A stretch of DNA of 64,000 bases, taken from the NCBI GenBank assembly GCA_037447605.1, contig CM074812.1, positions 2,418,001-2,482,000 of the forward strand, in the 5' to 3' direction. Both the position numbers and the translations under genes were made by a program. This DNA is from Zygnema circumcarinatum SAG 698-1b (Eukaryota > Plantae > Zygnematophyceae). The notes beneath the pieces were generated by a model. The model was not told the DNA's origin, ran no database searches, and was given only the letters and a program-made list of their open reading frames with translations. This document shows positions 24,700-36,500 of this stretch, piece by piece (positions within the stretch are counted from its first letter, which is position 1; every line of letters begins with the position of its first letter).

Positions 24700-25454
24700 T
24701 TTGTCTTATCTAGAGTCATTTGTCGTACCCTCCACCGTCTTGCACAAAACCGTACGAAATCTCGAACATTTATCGAACAGTTCAAGAGTCCTTTCCCATT
24801 AACGAACAAAATTTCCCTTTGTTTCAACAGCTCCAGTTCACTCCTACCCAGCAAAACGACAAATATTTTCTGGCAGCTACTGACACGAAAAACGACAAGA
24901 CTCCGCCCCCGCCGTTATACCCACATTCAAGGCCGGAAGGGCCGTTTGGCCGCCTCGACGACCTCCAGCTTCACTACCGACAAAAATATAGAATCTGATA
25001 CGCCAGATCTGAATGGAAGAATCCGATTTAGTCGGTGGTGATTCCCCATGCCACGACGAACTCCAGCATATCTGATATTATGCTATAGTCCAAACAAATA
25101 CGACAAAATTTTGATCTCGTTAGCTTACAGTATTAGAGAGTCGTCGTCTGCGCTGCGACGGCTCCAGCAGACAATCGGACTGGTGGTCGAATTTGTAATT
25201 CGGGCTTTTAGGGATTGTAGGGTTTAGGATGTTAGGGTTTTAGGGTTTATGAAGTTATGATTGGTTTGTACGGTATGTCACCAAATTTGGAGCATCCCGC
25301 CATGACCAAGCCTCATCCGACACGTGTACAAATGCGAGCGTGGCAGCTCATCATTGGATGATGCAATGTAAAAATGACAAGAAGTTCTTGTCCTCTTGTG
25401 GAAGGACGGCAACCGTTGTTGTGCCGGTACGGTACAGGACGACCCGATCCAAAA

Positions 25455-25625
25455 CATACGATACAAAACGATACGATACCAGACGATACGATACAACGAT
25501 ACGATATCAAACGCTGTACAAAGAAAAAAATTCATAAATATCGTATCGTATATATTCATATCGTACTGAGTCATACCGTATCGCTTCGCATTGTTTTGAA
25601 AAGCGTATCGTATCGTATCGTATAT
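25455..25625. repeat. (ATACG)n / (CGTAT)n pentamer repeats in inverted arrangement
   Basis: acgatacgatac runs at ~25455-25505 face tatcgtatcgta runs at ~25540-25625. Confidence 0.65.
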
Positions 25626-25757
25626 AGTCCCATGTATTCGTACTCGACCGGTTCGCTATAGAACGACATTTCCAAAAAAAAGAAAAAAGAAAAAAAAAAA
25701 ACTTAAGAATTTTTTTTGTTCGAAAGCCACTCATATTCAAAAAGGACCTTTCATTTA

Positions 25758-26696
25758 GGGTAGTGATATTTCCACCCCTTTTTTGGATCCAAACACCCCT
25801 TCCCGGCCGGGCAGATTTCAAAAGGGATTAAAAAAGGAAAATGCTTTTTTCACACCTTTTTGGAATCGATACCCACCTTCGTCCGTCGGCTGATTTTATT
25901 TTTGCTAACCAAGGAAAATGATACCCCGTCACCGCATTTTGAATACTGTATCCCGCCTACCTGAATTTTTTTTTTGAGGAAAAGAAATATCTGCCTGCCC
26001 GAATCCGCTCGGAGCGGAAGATCCGTCCGCCACGAGATCGTTCGCGGGTGTCCGTCCTTCACACGTGTGTATCAATCGCAGCTGTCGATTCCCTCGCAGA
26101 TCGCACCACTGCAGATCACCGTTCGATCTGCAGCCGGCCTCGATCGCAGCGAATGGAAAGCGCCCACGAGTCCCGTCAAAGCCGGATCGCACGTGCGAGT
26201 GCGCGCGTACCTCGGCCCAAGATCTTGTTGTATTGTCAGCTCCCAACCAATCAACATTTGCCACGTGTTACATTTTTGACGTGGAAATTTTTGATTGGTC
26301 CAAACTCTCAATGAACAAAAATTTTGGTACGACCGTACGACATTTGTACGGACAATTTTTTTAGACGACTTTGGCGGGATACGTGGGCCCGTGCCATTCG
26401 CTGTGACCGAGCCCGGCTGCAGATCAAATAGTGATCTGCCTCGTTGCGATCTGCGAGGGAATCGACGGCTGCGATTGACCGCACGCGTGAAAAAAAATTC
26501 AGGTAGGCGGGATATTCAAATGGAGTGAAGGGTTATAATTTTCCTTGTTTCGCAAAAATACAATCTGCCGATGGAGGGTGGGTATCGATTCCAAAAAGGT
26601 GTGAAAAAAGCATTTTCCGGTTTTAATCCTTTTTGAAATCTGGCCGGCCGGGAAGGGGTGTTTGGATCCAAAAAAGGGGTGGAAATATCACTACCC
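25758..26696. mobile_element. 939-bp foldback (MULE-like/MITE) element with long TIRs and a perfect 8-bp TSD
   Basis: Termini GGGTAGTGATATTTCCACCCC / GGGGTGGAAATATCACTACCC. Inverted similarity extends over 200 bp, plus an internal inverted pair (atcgcagctgtcgattccctcgcagatcgca / tgcgatctgcgagggaatcgacggctgcgat). TTCATTTA flanks both ends (25750-25757 and 26697-26704). Confidence 0.9.
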
Positions 26697-28087
26697 TTCA
26701 TTTAAGGAACGTGTGGACGCTTCTGCAGCTAATCGCCAATATGTCGGCACAAACTGCCGAAGGTCATAATGACTCGTCACGCGCATACGACGAGGAAGGT
26801 CACTTCTCAATTCGACTGACGCACTTCGCATGTGCAATGGACCACAACTGCCACGTGGTGCATGACCGAAAGTAACCGACATTCGTGCCACGTCAGACGT
26901 TCCTAGAGGCACACAACAAAGCAGTATCGTCTAAAGGCACATTCCAATTGTACGGATAAGCAAAACCCTGTGCTAGACACACTATAGAGACCCGACAGTC
27001 AAAATGGAGCAACGCTAGGGACACACCAAAAAGGTTGTACCGCGTCCAGCACTGAGGCACAGCACAGCAATAAAAGATATGTGGAATTTGGGTACACAAC
27101 ACAAGTAGCGGTAAATGCACACCCCAAAACTAGAGATAAGGGAGGGTCTCGAATATATCAATATAAAAAAAAAAAAAAAAAAAAGCCGACAAAAGGCAAA
27201 AGTGTAAGAATGAATTGAATTTCTTTTATTTATTTCGATTTTATAAAAGAATGGGCTTTGCGCCGTGGCCATAATATATTACATCCGAGGGTGCTCTGCT
27301 GTGCTCTGCTTCCATGCACCTATCCGTTAAAAAATCCGTTCGACAAATTCGTTGAATATACGAAATTTCTTCACAAGGAGTCGGAGGAGAGGGCGAGGGC
27401 AGTTTATGGTTGGAGGAGACATCCACTTCCGTACCGTTCCGTAGCATTTCGTACCGTTCCGTTGAGCGTTAGAACGGGCAAACGGAACGGCGACCATGTG
27501 CCTCCGTACATGCATCGGAGGGCTGCTTGGAGGAGAAAGCTGGCCTGCATGACATGGAAAGGGAGTTCCGTTCTAATGGGTCAGTTACTGAGGGGGCATG
27601 GAAACAGGGGGAAGGGAAGGGGGGGAGGCGGAGAGAGAGGGGGAGGGGGGAGGAGGGAGGAGGGAGGAGGGAGGGGGAGGAAGAGGNNNNNNNNNNGGGA
27701 GGGGGAAACGGGGAATGGGGAGGGGGGAGGAGGGAGGGAGGGGTGATGGGGAAGGAGGGAAAGGGAGAGGGGAGAGGGGAGGGGGAACGAAGGGGGAGGG
27801 GGGAGGAGGGAGGTTGAGAACGAGGGAGGAGAGGGAGAGGGAGAGGGGGGGAAGGGAGAGCGGGGAGGGGGGAGGGGGGAGGGGGGGAGAAGCTTACATT
27901 TTCTCTCCTAAAGATGCCCTCGCGAAGATGAAGGCAAGATATCTCCTTTCCGCCCAGTTTCTCCATCGTCTCCTTCACTCCCTCTCTCTCTCTTCTCTCT
28001 CTCTGCCACTCACACTCTCTCTCTCTCTCTCTGTCCCTCCTCTCCACCGTCCCCCTCACCCCCTTTCCCTCTCTCTCTCACTTCCTC

Positions 28088-31000
28088 TCACGATGCTCCC
28101 CACACATTTCCACTCTCTCCCGCTTCCTCTATCAGCCCCGCCGCCAAAGTCTCCAACTCTAGCCCTCCCCCTATCACTCTCCCTCCTCCCCCTCCCCCTC
28201 CCACTCCCCCTCCTACTCCCCCTCCCACTCCTCCCCCTCCCCCTCCCCTCTGAAAAATCGCTCTGCTTTCCAGCAAAGGCTGCCAAGACCTCTGCCCACT
28301 GCCGCTCGAAATTTGCGAAATCTGTGAAATTCCAGAAATGCCCAAAACCTGCGACAAATTTTCGCTCTGCCCGGAAGCGGAGCTTCCACGTGGCATCTCC
28401 TCCGCTTGCCACGTGGCAGCTGCTGACATGAGCTCTGCCACGTCAGCACTCCGTCCTCCCGCCGCACTTCTCATGAGCTGCTGAAGGGCTGCCTCTCTAC
28501 TGATTGCCCCTCCCTCTATTAACCTCTCCATTGTAAGGAGCTCTCCCACCAGCCCTCCTCTCTCTCCCACTCCACTCTCTCCCACTACCCCTCTCTCCCG
28601 CTCCCTCTCCCTCTCCCTCTCTCTCTCTCTCTCCCTCTCTCTCCCTCCTCCCCCTCCCCATGCCGCTCTCCCTCTCTGGTGTACGGCTCCCCCCCCTCCC
28701 CCTCCCCCATCTTCAGAGAGGAAGCATCCAGGAAAGCTCCGAAACTGAGGGCGGCTCTGACTTGGGCGATTTCCGGGCAGCCCAAAATTTCCCGCCTGGT
28801 CCCACCGTGGATTCTGGAGCCTATCAGGAGGTGCCACGTGGAGAGCTGCTGCCTGCTGCGACCCAAACTTTCCAGCCTCCACTTCCGCGATCAAATTCTG
28901 CAAATTTTGCAGATTCTGCAAATTGGGGTTTTGCGAATTTTGCAAATTTTGAAAAATTTGAGAAGAAGAACCTTGAGCGTTCTGCGACGAGTTCTGCAAA
29001 TTCTGCAGATTCTGGAAATTTTGATAATTTTGAAAATTTTGCAAATTGGGCCCCCAATTTTTGCCCTCTCCTGCGATTGGACCGACCGGGACGTCGGCTT
29101 CCTTTGCGAGCTGAAGGAGCTGTTCAGCCAATTGGGAGCCTTGAGAGGCTGCCACGTGGCGCTCTGTGATTAGCCGCTCAGCCGCAGCAACCAGATCTCT
29201 CGCAGCTTTCTCAGAGGAGGCGAGGAGAGAGGAGTCCCTAGAGGGAGGGGCGGTAGAGGCTCTCCCTCTACCTCTCTCTCTCTCTCTCCCCCCCTCCCCC
29301 TCTCCCTCTCCCTCTTCCACTCCCTGCATAAGTTGCAGAGTGGCGTAGTCGCTGTCGTCGATGAGAGGGGGGGGGCCCTCCGTCATCTCTAATGCTAGGC
29401 GGGAGGGTAGCCTCACTACTCTTCCCGCAGAGAGGAGATACTTTTTCTCTCTCTCTCTCTTCATCTCTCTCTCCTCCCCTCCTCCTTCCTGCTCCATCAA
29501 ACCCCCTCCCTCGGCCCCCCCCACTCCCACTCCCACTCCTCCCACTCCCACTCTGCTTCTTAACCTGCTCTGTTCCAACAGCATGGGTTGCTGCTCTACC
29601 ACTCCTGCCCAGTCTCCACTCCTACTTGACCTTTGAAGCCTCCTCCCTCCTCCCCCTCCCACTCCCCCTCCTCCCCCTCCCCCTCCCACTCCCACTCCCC
29701 CNNNNNNNNNNCCTCCTCCCCCCCCTCCTTCATACCTCCCCATAAGGAGAATCTCCTCTCCCATCTTCACAACGGGAGTGCCGGGGAGAGGCCCAGCTAT
29801 GCTCCTCGCCAGCTGTCCCTGTGACGGCTGACTGAAACCGTCAGAGCCAACGGAACTGCGAGGGAGCGGCCGTTTCAACGGTAACGGCGACGTTCGCTGT
29901 TGGCTGATTCCCATACTGGCTGACGTGGCGGCTCCCAATTGGCCGTTGGGTCCCGGACGGAGTCCAGTTGGCAGCGACGGCGACCTTGGAATGGACAAAG
30001 ACGGAAAGGAGCGGGTGTTCGCACTATGCGAACTGGATCCGAAAAAACTCGATCCCAAGTTTTCGGCGTTTAACGCTCCGTTGGAAAACTGTTCCGTTCC
30101 GAAATTTGCGGCAGCGTCTAACTGGTTCCATGAGGGTTGATTTCCGTCGCCAGTTTTCCGTTCTGCAAAAAGGCCCGGCAAGGAAAGGGTCCGTTGGGGC
30201 CGACTGGACAGTTCCGGAGAACGGGATAACGGTTTCTGTGCGAACGGGTTCCGTTGAACAGCTGCTAACTGTAACTGTTGCCGTTGGAGCTCTTGAACTT
30301 GCGCATGGAACGAGTCGGATCCGTTGGGAGCCTGTGATTGGTTCTCTGGGGAGATTCCGCCACGTGACAGGTTCTGATAGGTCGAGGCTTGCTCCAGAAG
30401 GGCCGAGTGTTGGCGGAGTACTGCTAAAGCTAAGGAGTGCTGAGTACTCCTTTCGAGTTCTATGTCGTTCTGGGTAACTGGAGCCTGTTCCGCCGCCTTG
30501 GCTAACTGGAGAATGTGGTCATGGAAACTGCCAATCTCCGTAATTTCCGACATGGAACCGTCACGTAGATGGAGGGTTGACCCGGGTTGACTCGGCGGCG
30601 GAGAGGGGAACATTTGGGGTGGAGCCGAATTCCACCGCCGGAGTCCGGGATCCACTTCTTGCTGGATCCACCCGAAAAGTTGAACCAGACATCGTTTTAG
30701 GAAGCAGATCAATGCACATGACGATTTAGAAACAATAAATTCCGAATAATATAAACTAAAATTAGATTAATTCGAGCTTCAAAAGATTATCAAATTAAAA
30801 ATATTAAAAAAAGTTGAATAATCAAGTTGATAAAACAGAACATAAATAAATCAAAACAAATAATAATAATACTAATTCATTAAAAAAAAAAATGAAAGAT
30901 AATTACAAAACTGGTCCTGTCTGTACCTGGCTCTGGTTCTGGTGCAGGAGGGTCCGCTGCCTGTGGGCCTCGCCCGCCTTGAGGCTCAGAATGTAGCTCA

Positions 31001-33197
31001 AGAGGACGGTGGGCCGCCCCGAGTTCTTCATCACCATGCGGTGGGTCTCCTCCTAGAACCATGAAACCAACAACAACAACAAGTAAGCTAGCAACGATCG
31101 AAGTCAAAGTCAACACAATCATTACCAAACCTTCGGGTGCGGAACCCAATTTGTTCCGAACGAAAAAGACAAAAGGGGGGAGAGAGAGAGAGAAAGAGGG
31201 AGAGAGAGGGGGTGAGACAAAGACAGAGAGATACAGAGGGAGAGACGGAGAGGGAGAGAGAGATAGACACAAAGAGAGAGGGAGTGGGAAAGAGAGAGAG
31301 AGAAGACAGACAGAGAGGGAGAGGAAGTGAGACAGAGAGAGAGAGTGCGACAGAGAGAAAGACAGACAGACAGAGAGAGAGACGGATGGAGGGAGAGAGG
31401 GAGGGAGGGAGGGAGGGCGGGCGCGGGAGCGGCACCTTGCGGCGCACGGTGGAGTTCCAGTGGTTCTTGACGGAGTTGTCGGTGCGGCCCGGCAGGAGCT
31501 TCGCGATCTCCGCCCAGCGGTTGCCGAAGCGGCGGTGGGCCTCGACCAGCTGCTGCTCCTCCTCGGGGGTCCACGCCTCCTGGCAACATGGAGGGCATCA
31601 ACAACAACAACACAACATTGTTCAACATGGGGGGTGGTCGGCAAATGACCAATTACAAGACATTGTTCAAGACATGGTGGTCAAATTCATCGAAATCAAC
31701 AACAACACATTGTTCAAGATGTTGGGTGGTCGGCCAATTGCCAATTACAAGACATTGTTCGAGACATGGTGTTCGATTGCATGGAGGGCAACAACAACGA
31801 CAAACACATTGTTCAACAACACATGTGATCGACCACATGAACATAGAACATGAGAATAGGATCATAGAACATGAGAACATGAACATAGAACATGCGAACA
31901 TAGAACATAGAACATGAGAACATGAACCGTCACATACCTTCTTGATGCCCTGCTTGAGGTGGTTGTGCCACCTCTCCCTGCACTGCTTCCCGGCCCGCCC
32001 CTTCAAGTGCTGCGCGATCGCCGTCCAGCCCTTAGCGCCGCCCTTCTCCACGAGCCGCCGCAGAATGGCGTCCTCCTCCTGCTCCCTCCCCGCCCTCCGT
32101 AATAAAGTAAGTAAATATATATATGAATGCGCATATAAACTCAGCTAAATTGAATACTTTAATCAGTTTTAGTCCTCTTTTTTTAAGTCCCCAGCAAATG
32201 GGGAATGAGGAAGGCCGACCCGGCCGCATCTGAAATAACTAAAAGTAGAGGGAAAGAGAGGGAAGGAGAGGGAGGGAGAGGGAGGGAAAGGGAGGGAGAG
32301 GGAAGGCGAGGGAAGGACGGGAAAGGCGAGGGAAAGAGAGGGAGGGAGAGGAAAAGGGAGAGAAGGAGATGGAAGGAGAGTGAAGGAAAGGGAAGGAGAG
32401 GGAGAGAGAGGGAGGGAGAGGGAAGGAGAGGGAAGGAGAGGCAAGGAGAGGGAAGGAGAGGGAAGGAGAGGGAAGGAGAGGGAAGGAGAGCGAAGGAAAG
32501 GGAAGGAGAGGGAGGGAGAGGGAAGGAGAGGGAAGGAGAGGCAAGGAGAGGGAAGGAGAGGGAAGGAGAGGGAAGGAGAGGGAAGGAGAGCGAAGGAAAG
32601 GGAAGGAGAGGGAGGGAGAGGGAAGGAGAGTGAAGGAGGGGGAAGGAGGGTGAAGGAGAGGGAGGGAGAGGAAAAGAGAGGGAAGGAGAGGCAACGAGAG
32701 GGAAGGAGAGGGAAGGAGAGTGAAGGAAGGGGAAGGAGAGTGAAAGAGAGGGAGGGAGAGGGAAGGAGAGGAAGGAGACCCACGGGAGTCCACTGTCCCT
32801 TTGCATTGCTCGAAGTCCTCGGCTCCGTCCTCGTCTCCGTATCCGCCTCCCCCCCACTCCCACTCCCGCTCCCGTCTCCCCCTCTCTCCTTCCCAGGCTC
32901 CATTGAGATAGAGGTCTCTCCCTCTTCCATGTCCGTGTCCGCTCCGTCGTTGTCCTCGGAAATCCGTCCGCATAGATCCGTAAAGTCTCCGTTTCCGCTA
33001 AGGCTGTTCTTACCCCCCTCCTCCCCATTTATAGCCGAACTTCCAATTTCATGGACTCCCCCCCTCGGCATGGAATGGCCCTCCTGGTTTTGCAGCCACA
33101 CAATTGCGGCTCCATGCTCGCAGTTCTCCGTTGCGTTGGGGCTGCCCATGATGGCGCTCCCAAAGTCCATGAGCACATCATCGTCCATCCTGCACAT
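28088..33197 (-). CDS. R2R3-MYB transcription factor with a long low-complexity C-terminus. Exons 32784-33189/33197, 31938-32078, 31436-31579, 30927-31052, 28088-30661 (10-N gap inside); possible 11-nt first coding exon at 34325-34335 (ATGGCGACAGG)
   Basis: Spliced KGQWTP|[47 protein letters not shown]|[48 protein letters not shown] gives complete R2 and R3 repeats. These are followed by a [11 protein letters not shown] motif and an ~850-aa open exon. All junctions are GT-AG, phase 0. Confidence 0.92.
32240..32775. repeat. GGAAGGAGAG decamer satellite in a MYB intron
   Basis: Tandem ggaaggagag units. Confidence 0.88.
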
Positions 33198-33251
33198 CAC
33201 TCCGAGTATGTCAAAGATTCAGCATGGGCCTCTCTTTCTTTCTCTCTCTCT

Positions 33252-33501
<250 letters not shown>

Positions 33502-36500
33502 TACTTTCTCTCTCTTTCACACTCTCGCCCCCTCACTCCTCGCTCCCCTTGTCAAGATAAGGAATGTAGGGGTTTCTTCCCCCTCCTCTCTCTCTCTCGC
33601 TCCCACTCCCTCTCTCAGGATGGTGTATGCACGGCGGTTCTTTCTGTCTCCCTCTCCCTCTATGTATTTCTTTCGCTCATCCCCTCTGTCCCTCCAATCG
33701 TCACTTTCTCCCCCCACTTCCCTTTTGCCTTAATCACCCCCCTCTATATCTCTCCAGTCAGTTTCTTGTCTCCTCCCACCCCCCCTCTTATACCCAACCC
33801 CCAACTCCTTTTACTACCCCTGCCTCTCCCCCTCACCCTCTCCCCTTCCCTATACCCACTCCACTTCTCGTTCCCACTCTCTTTCTGCCCCATAGACCCC
33901 CTCCCTCTCCTTTCCCACTCGTACCCCTCAGTTCTCTTTCTCCAAGCTCACCTCCACCCTCTCGCCGCTCTCTCCGTTTCCCTCTCCCCCCCCTGGCCCC
34001 TCCCCCTCCCCCTCCCTCTCCCTTCCCATCTCCCTCTCCCCCTCCCTCCCTCTCCACTCCCTCACCCATTGTTCCCCTCTCTGTCCCACCAAGCCTCCAC
34101 CTCCTCTCCTTTCCCTTTTCCCTCCCTACGGCCCTCCCTCCCTCCCGCCTTTCCTCCCTCCCTCCCTCCCTCTCCCTCCGCCCCACCCAACAGCCGCTCC
34201 TTTGCCTCTCATCTACTTCCTAATAGGTTCCGAATTTATGTTCAATGCACCCTATCAGTTCCAACGGAAAGAATGCAGCAAAACCTTTAACGGAACTGTA
34301 CGGAACTGAGGAGCATGGACCCACCCTGTCGCCATCGCTTCCAGAGCGCCACCGCTCTTCACATGCCGACTCCTCCCCGAGGCGTGACAGATGTCACACA
34401 CCGCCGGTATTTCTAAGCCAGCGACACGTGTCGGAATGCGATTGGCTGTCGAATTCGAAGAAGCCAAGTGGCTCTTCGGATTGGCTGGCCTTCGAGGACT
34501 GCTCTTCTTGCGGGAGCTTTGGAGGGGTGGAAGTAGGGAGAGAGGCAGGGAGTGGAGAGGGAGAGAGGGAGGGAGTGGAGAGAGGAAGAGAGGGAGGGAG
34601 TGGAGAGAGGGAGAGAGTGGAAAGGAGAGAGAGAGAGAGAGTGAGCAGAGAGGAAGGGAGGGAATGGAAAGACTGAGAGCGAGGAAGACGAGGGGGAGGG
34701 AGAGGAGGGGTAGGGGTAGGACGAGGGGGAGGGAGAGGAGGGGTAGGGGTAGGACGAGGAGGGAGGGAGGGAGGGGACAATGTGGGGAGAGGCAGGGGGA
34801 GAGAAGTAGAGGGAGAGGGATAGTGCGAGAGAAGGGTGTGAGAGAGTGGGTGTGAGTGTGAGAGTCAGGGAGAAAGAGGGAGAGAGAGAGAGAAAGAAAA
34901 AAGAGAGCTCAAATACAGAGACAATGCGGGTACGGGGAAAGGGAGAGAGAGACGGAGAGTGAATGTGGAGGGTTGAGAGAGTGAGCTGGAGCGAGAGGTG
35001 TTCGTGAAAGAAAGGGAGTGGGAGTGGGAGGGAGGAAGAGATAGAAAGAAAGAGAGGGAAAGACGGGGCGCAGAGAGGGGAAGGGAGGGAGACAGAGAGA
35101 GGGAGGGAGAGAGGAGAGAGGTGTTTGTGTGAGGGAGAGGGGAAGGGAGGCAGTGGGAGAGAGAGAGAGAGGGAGAGAGGAGAGGTGTTTGTGTGCGGGA
35201 GGGGGGGAGGAAGGGAGACAGTGAAAGAGAGAGAGAGAGATCGAGAGAGAAGGGAGAGAGGAGAGGTGTTTGTGTGAGGGAGGGAGAGAGGCAGGCAGTG
35301 GGAGAGGGGGAGCGAGAGAGAGAGAGAGAAAGACACGCGTAGAGGGAGAGAGAGCGCGGGGCGGTGCCAGCGGAGCGCATTCATTGCTTTCCGCGCACGT
35401 GGGGCCGCCCGCCGCCGGGAAACTTTTGTCGTTTTGCGATGTGCTGCCCGCCGGCGAGGGGAGGGGACGGAAAATGTTTCTGCCCGCGGGCAGGGCAGAC
35501 GTCCGTACAGGTATGTTGGTTTCCGTACTTGTGTTCTTGTGTACGGAGTTGCTGAGGGTGTCCTCGTATCCGTACATGTGTGTCTATGTACGGTATTTTT
35601 GTCGTGTCTGCGTACAAATGTACGAATATACGTGTTTATCAGATTCGTACGGACATAACATTCCAGCGGGCGGCAGCAAAAGCGAACTTGTTTGTCGTCT
35701 TCTGCCGAACCACATTTAATTCGAACTCGCTAAAAGATTTATGTGCGACAAATTAAAATTGAAAATTCGACAGCCGAATTTTTTCCATTTCGCTCCCAAC
35801 AGACAAAAGTCTTCAAGGCGCCATCAACTCTGACGAGCATGCGTACATAAGTTCGTACTTGTTTGTACGATAATTTGGAAGCGCCGTACACGTTAGCCGA
35901 TATTACCAGTAAAACCGAACAGGTTGAGAAAAAAAGAAAAATTAAAAGTTTTGGGTTCTCAGTGAGAACTTCTCACAAAAAAAAGTTAACTTTCAAAACC
36001 AGTTTCTCAAAGAAAACTGAATATTTGGGAACATGATTTCGTTTGGAAATTTGACCAAAGGCGGTCTTCACCATTTAGGGACTGCCACGTGGTGCCGTAT
36101 ATCCACGTGGAGAGCAGTGATTGGCTGGAGCATAGGAAGGTAGCAGACAAAAATGGGCTTGTCCGTTCTTTTCCTATTTTTTGCCTTATCTGAATGTTCT
36201 CGTCCTTCAGATTCTGTGTTTTTTGTCCATTTTGGAACTACAGTCCAAGTATACCACTAATGGGAAAGAAGGATTAATTTGCCCAATGGGAGTACGCCAC
36301 GTCGACACTATGTCCACGTGGCGCCCGAACAGTGGTTGAAGCGCGGAATAGTTCCGCAATTGGCGAAAGGCCCAGAATTTTGTCCCGAGGTGAGTCATCC
36401 ACAAAAGCGACAAACTATCATTCAATATTTGACTACTAGCCAAAATCTAGGTTTGTCGTTTTTTGTTCACGTGAAGCCAGGTGGCGACGCGTGCGAGTCA

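Noticed and set aside
34245-34676. Plus-strand 143-aa ORF as a separate gene
   Set aside because: No recognisable domain, and it overlaps the probable MYB 5' UTR/first exon on the other strand.
35270-35400. NALRWHRP (minus strand) as the missing TLP APRWHEQ exon
   Set aside because: No acceptor context and no following QCWCLNF motif; chance similarity.
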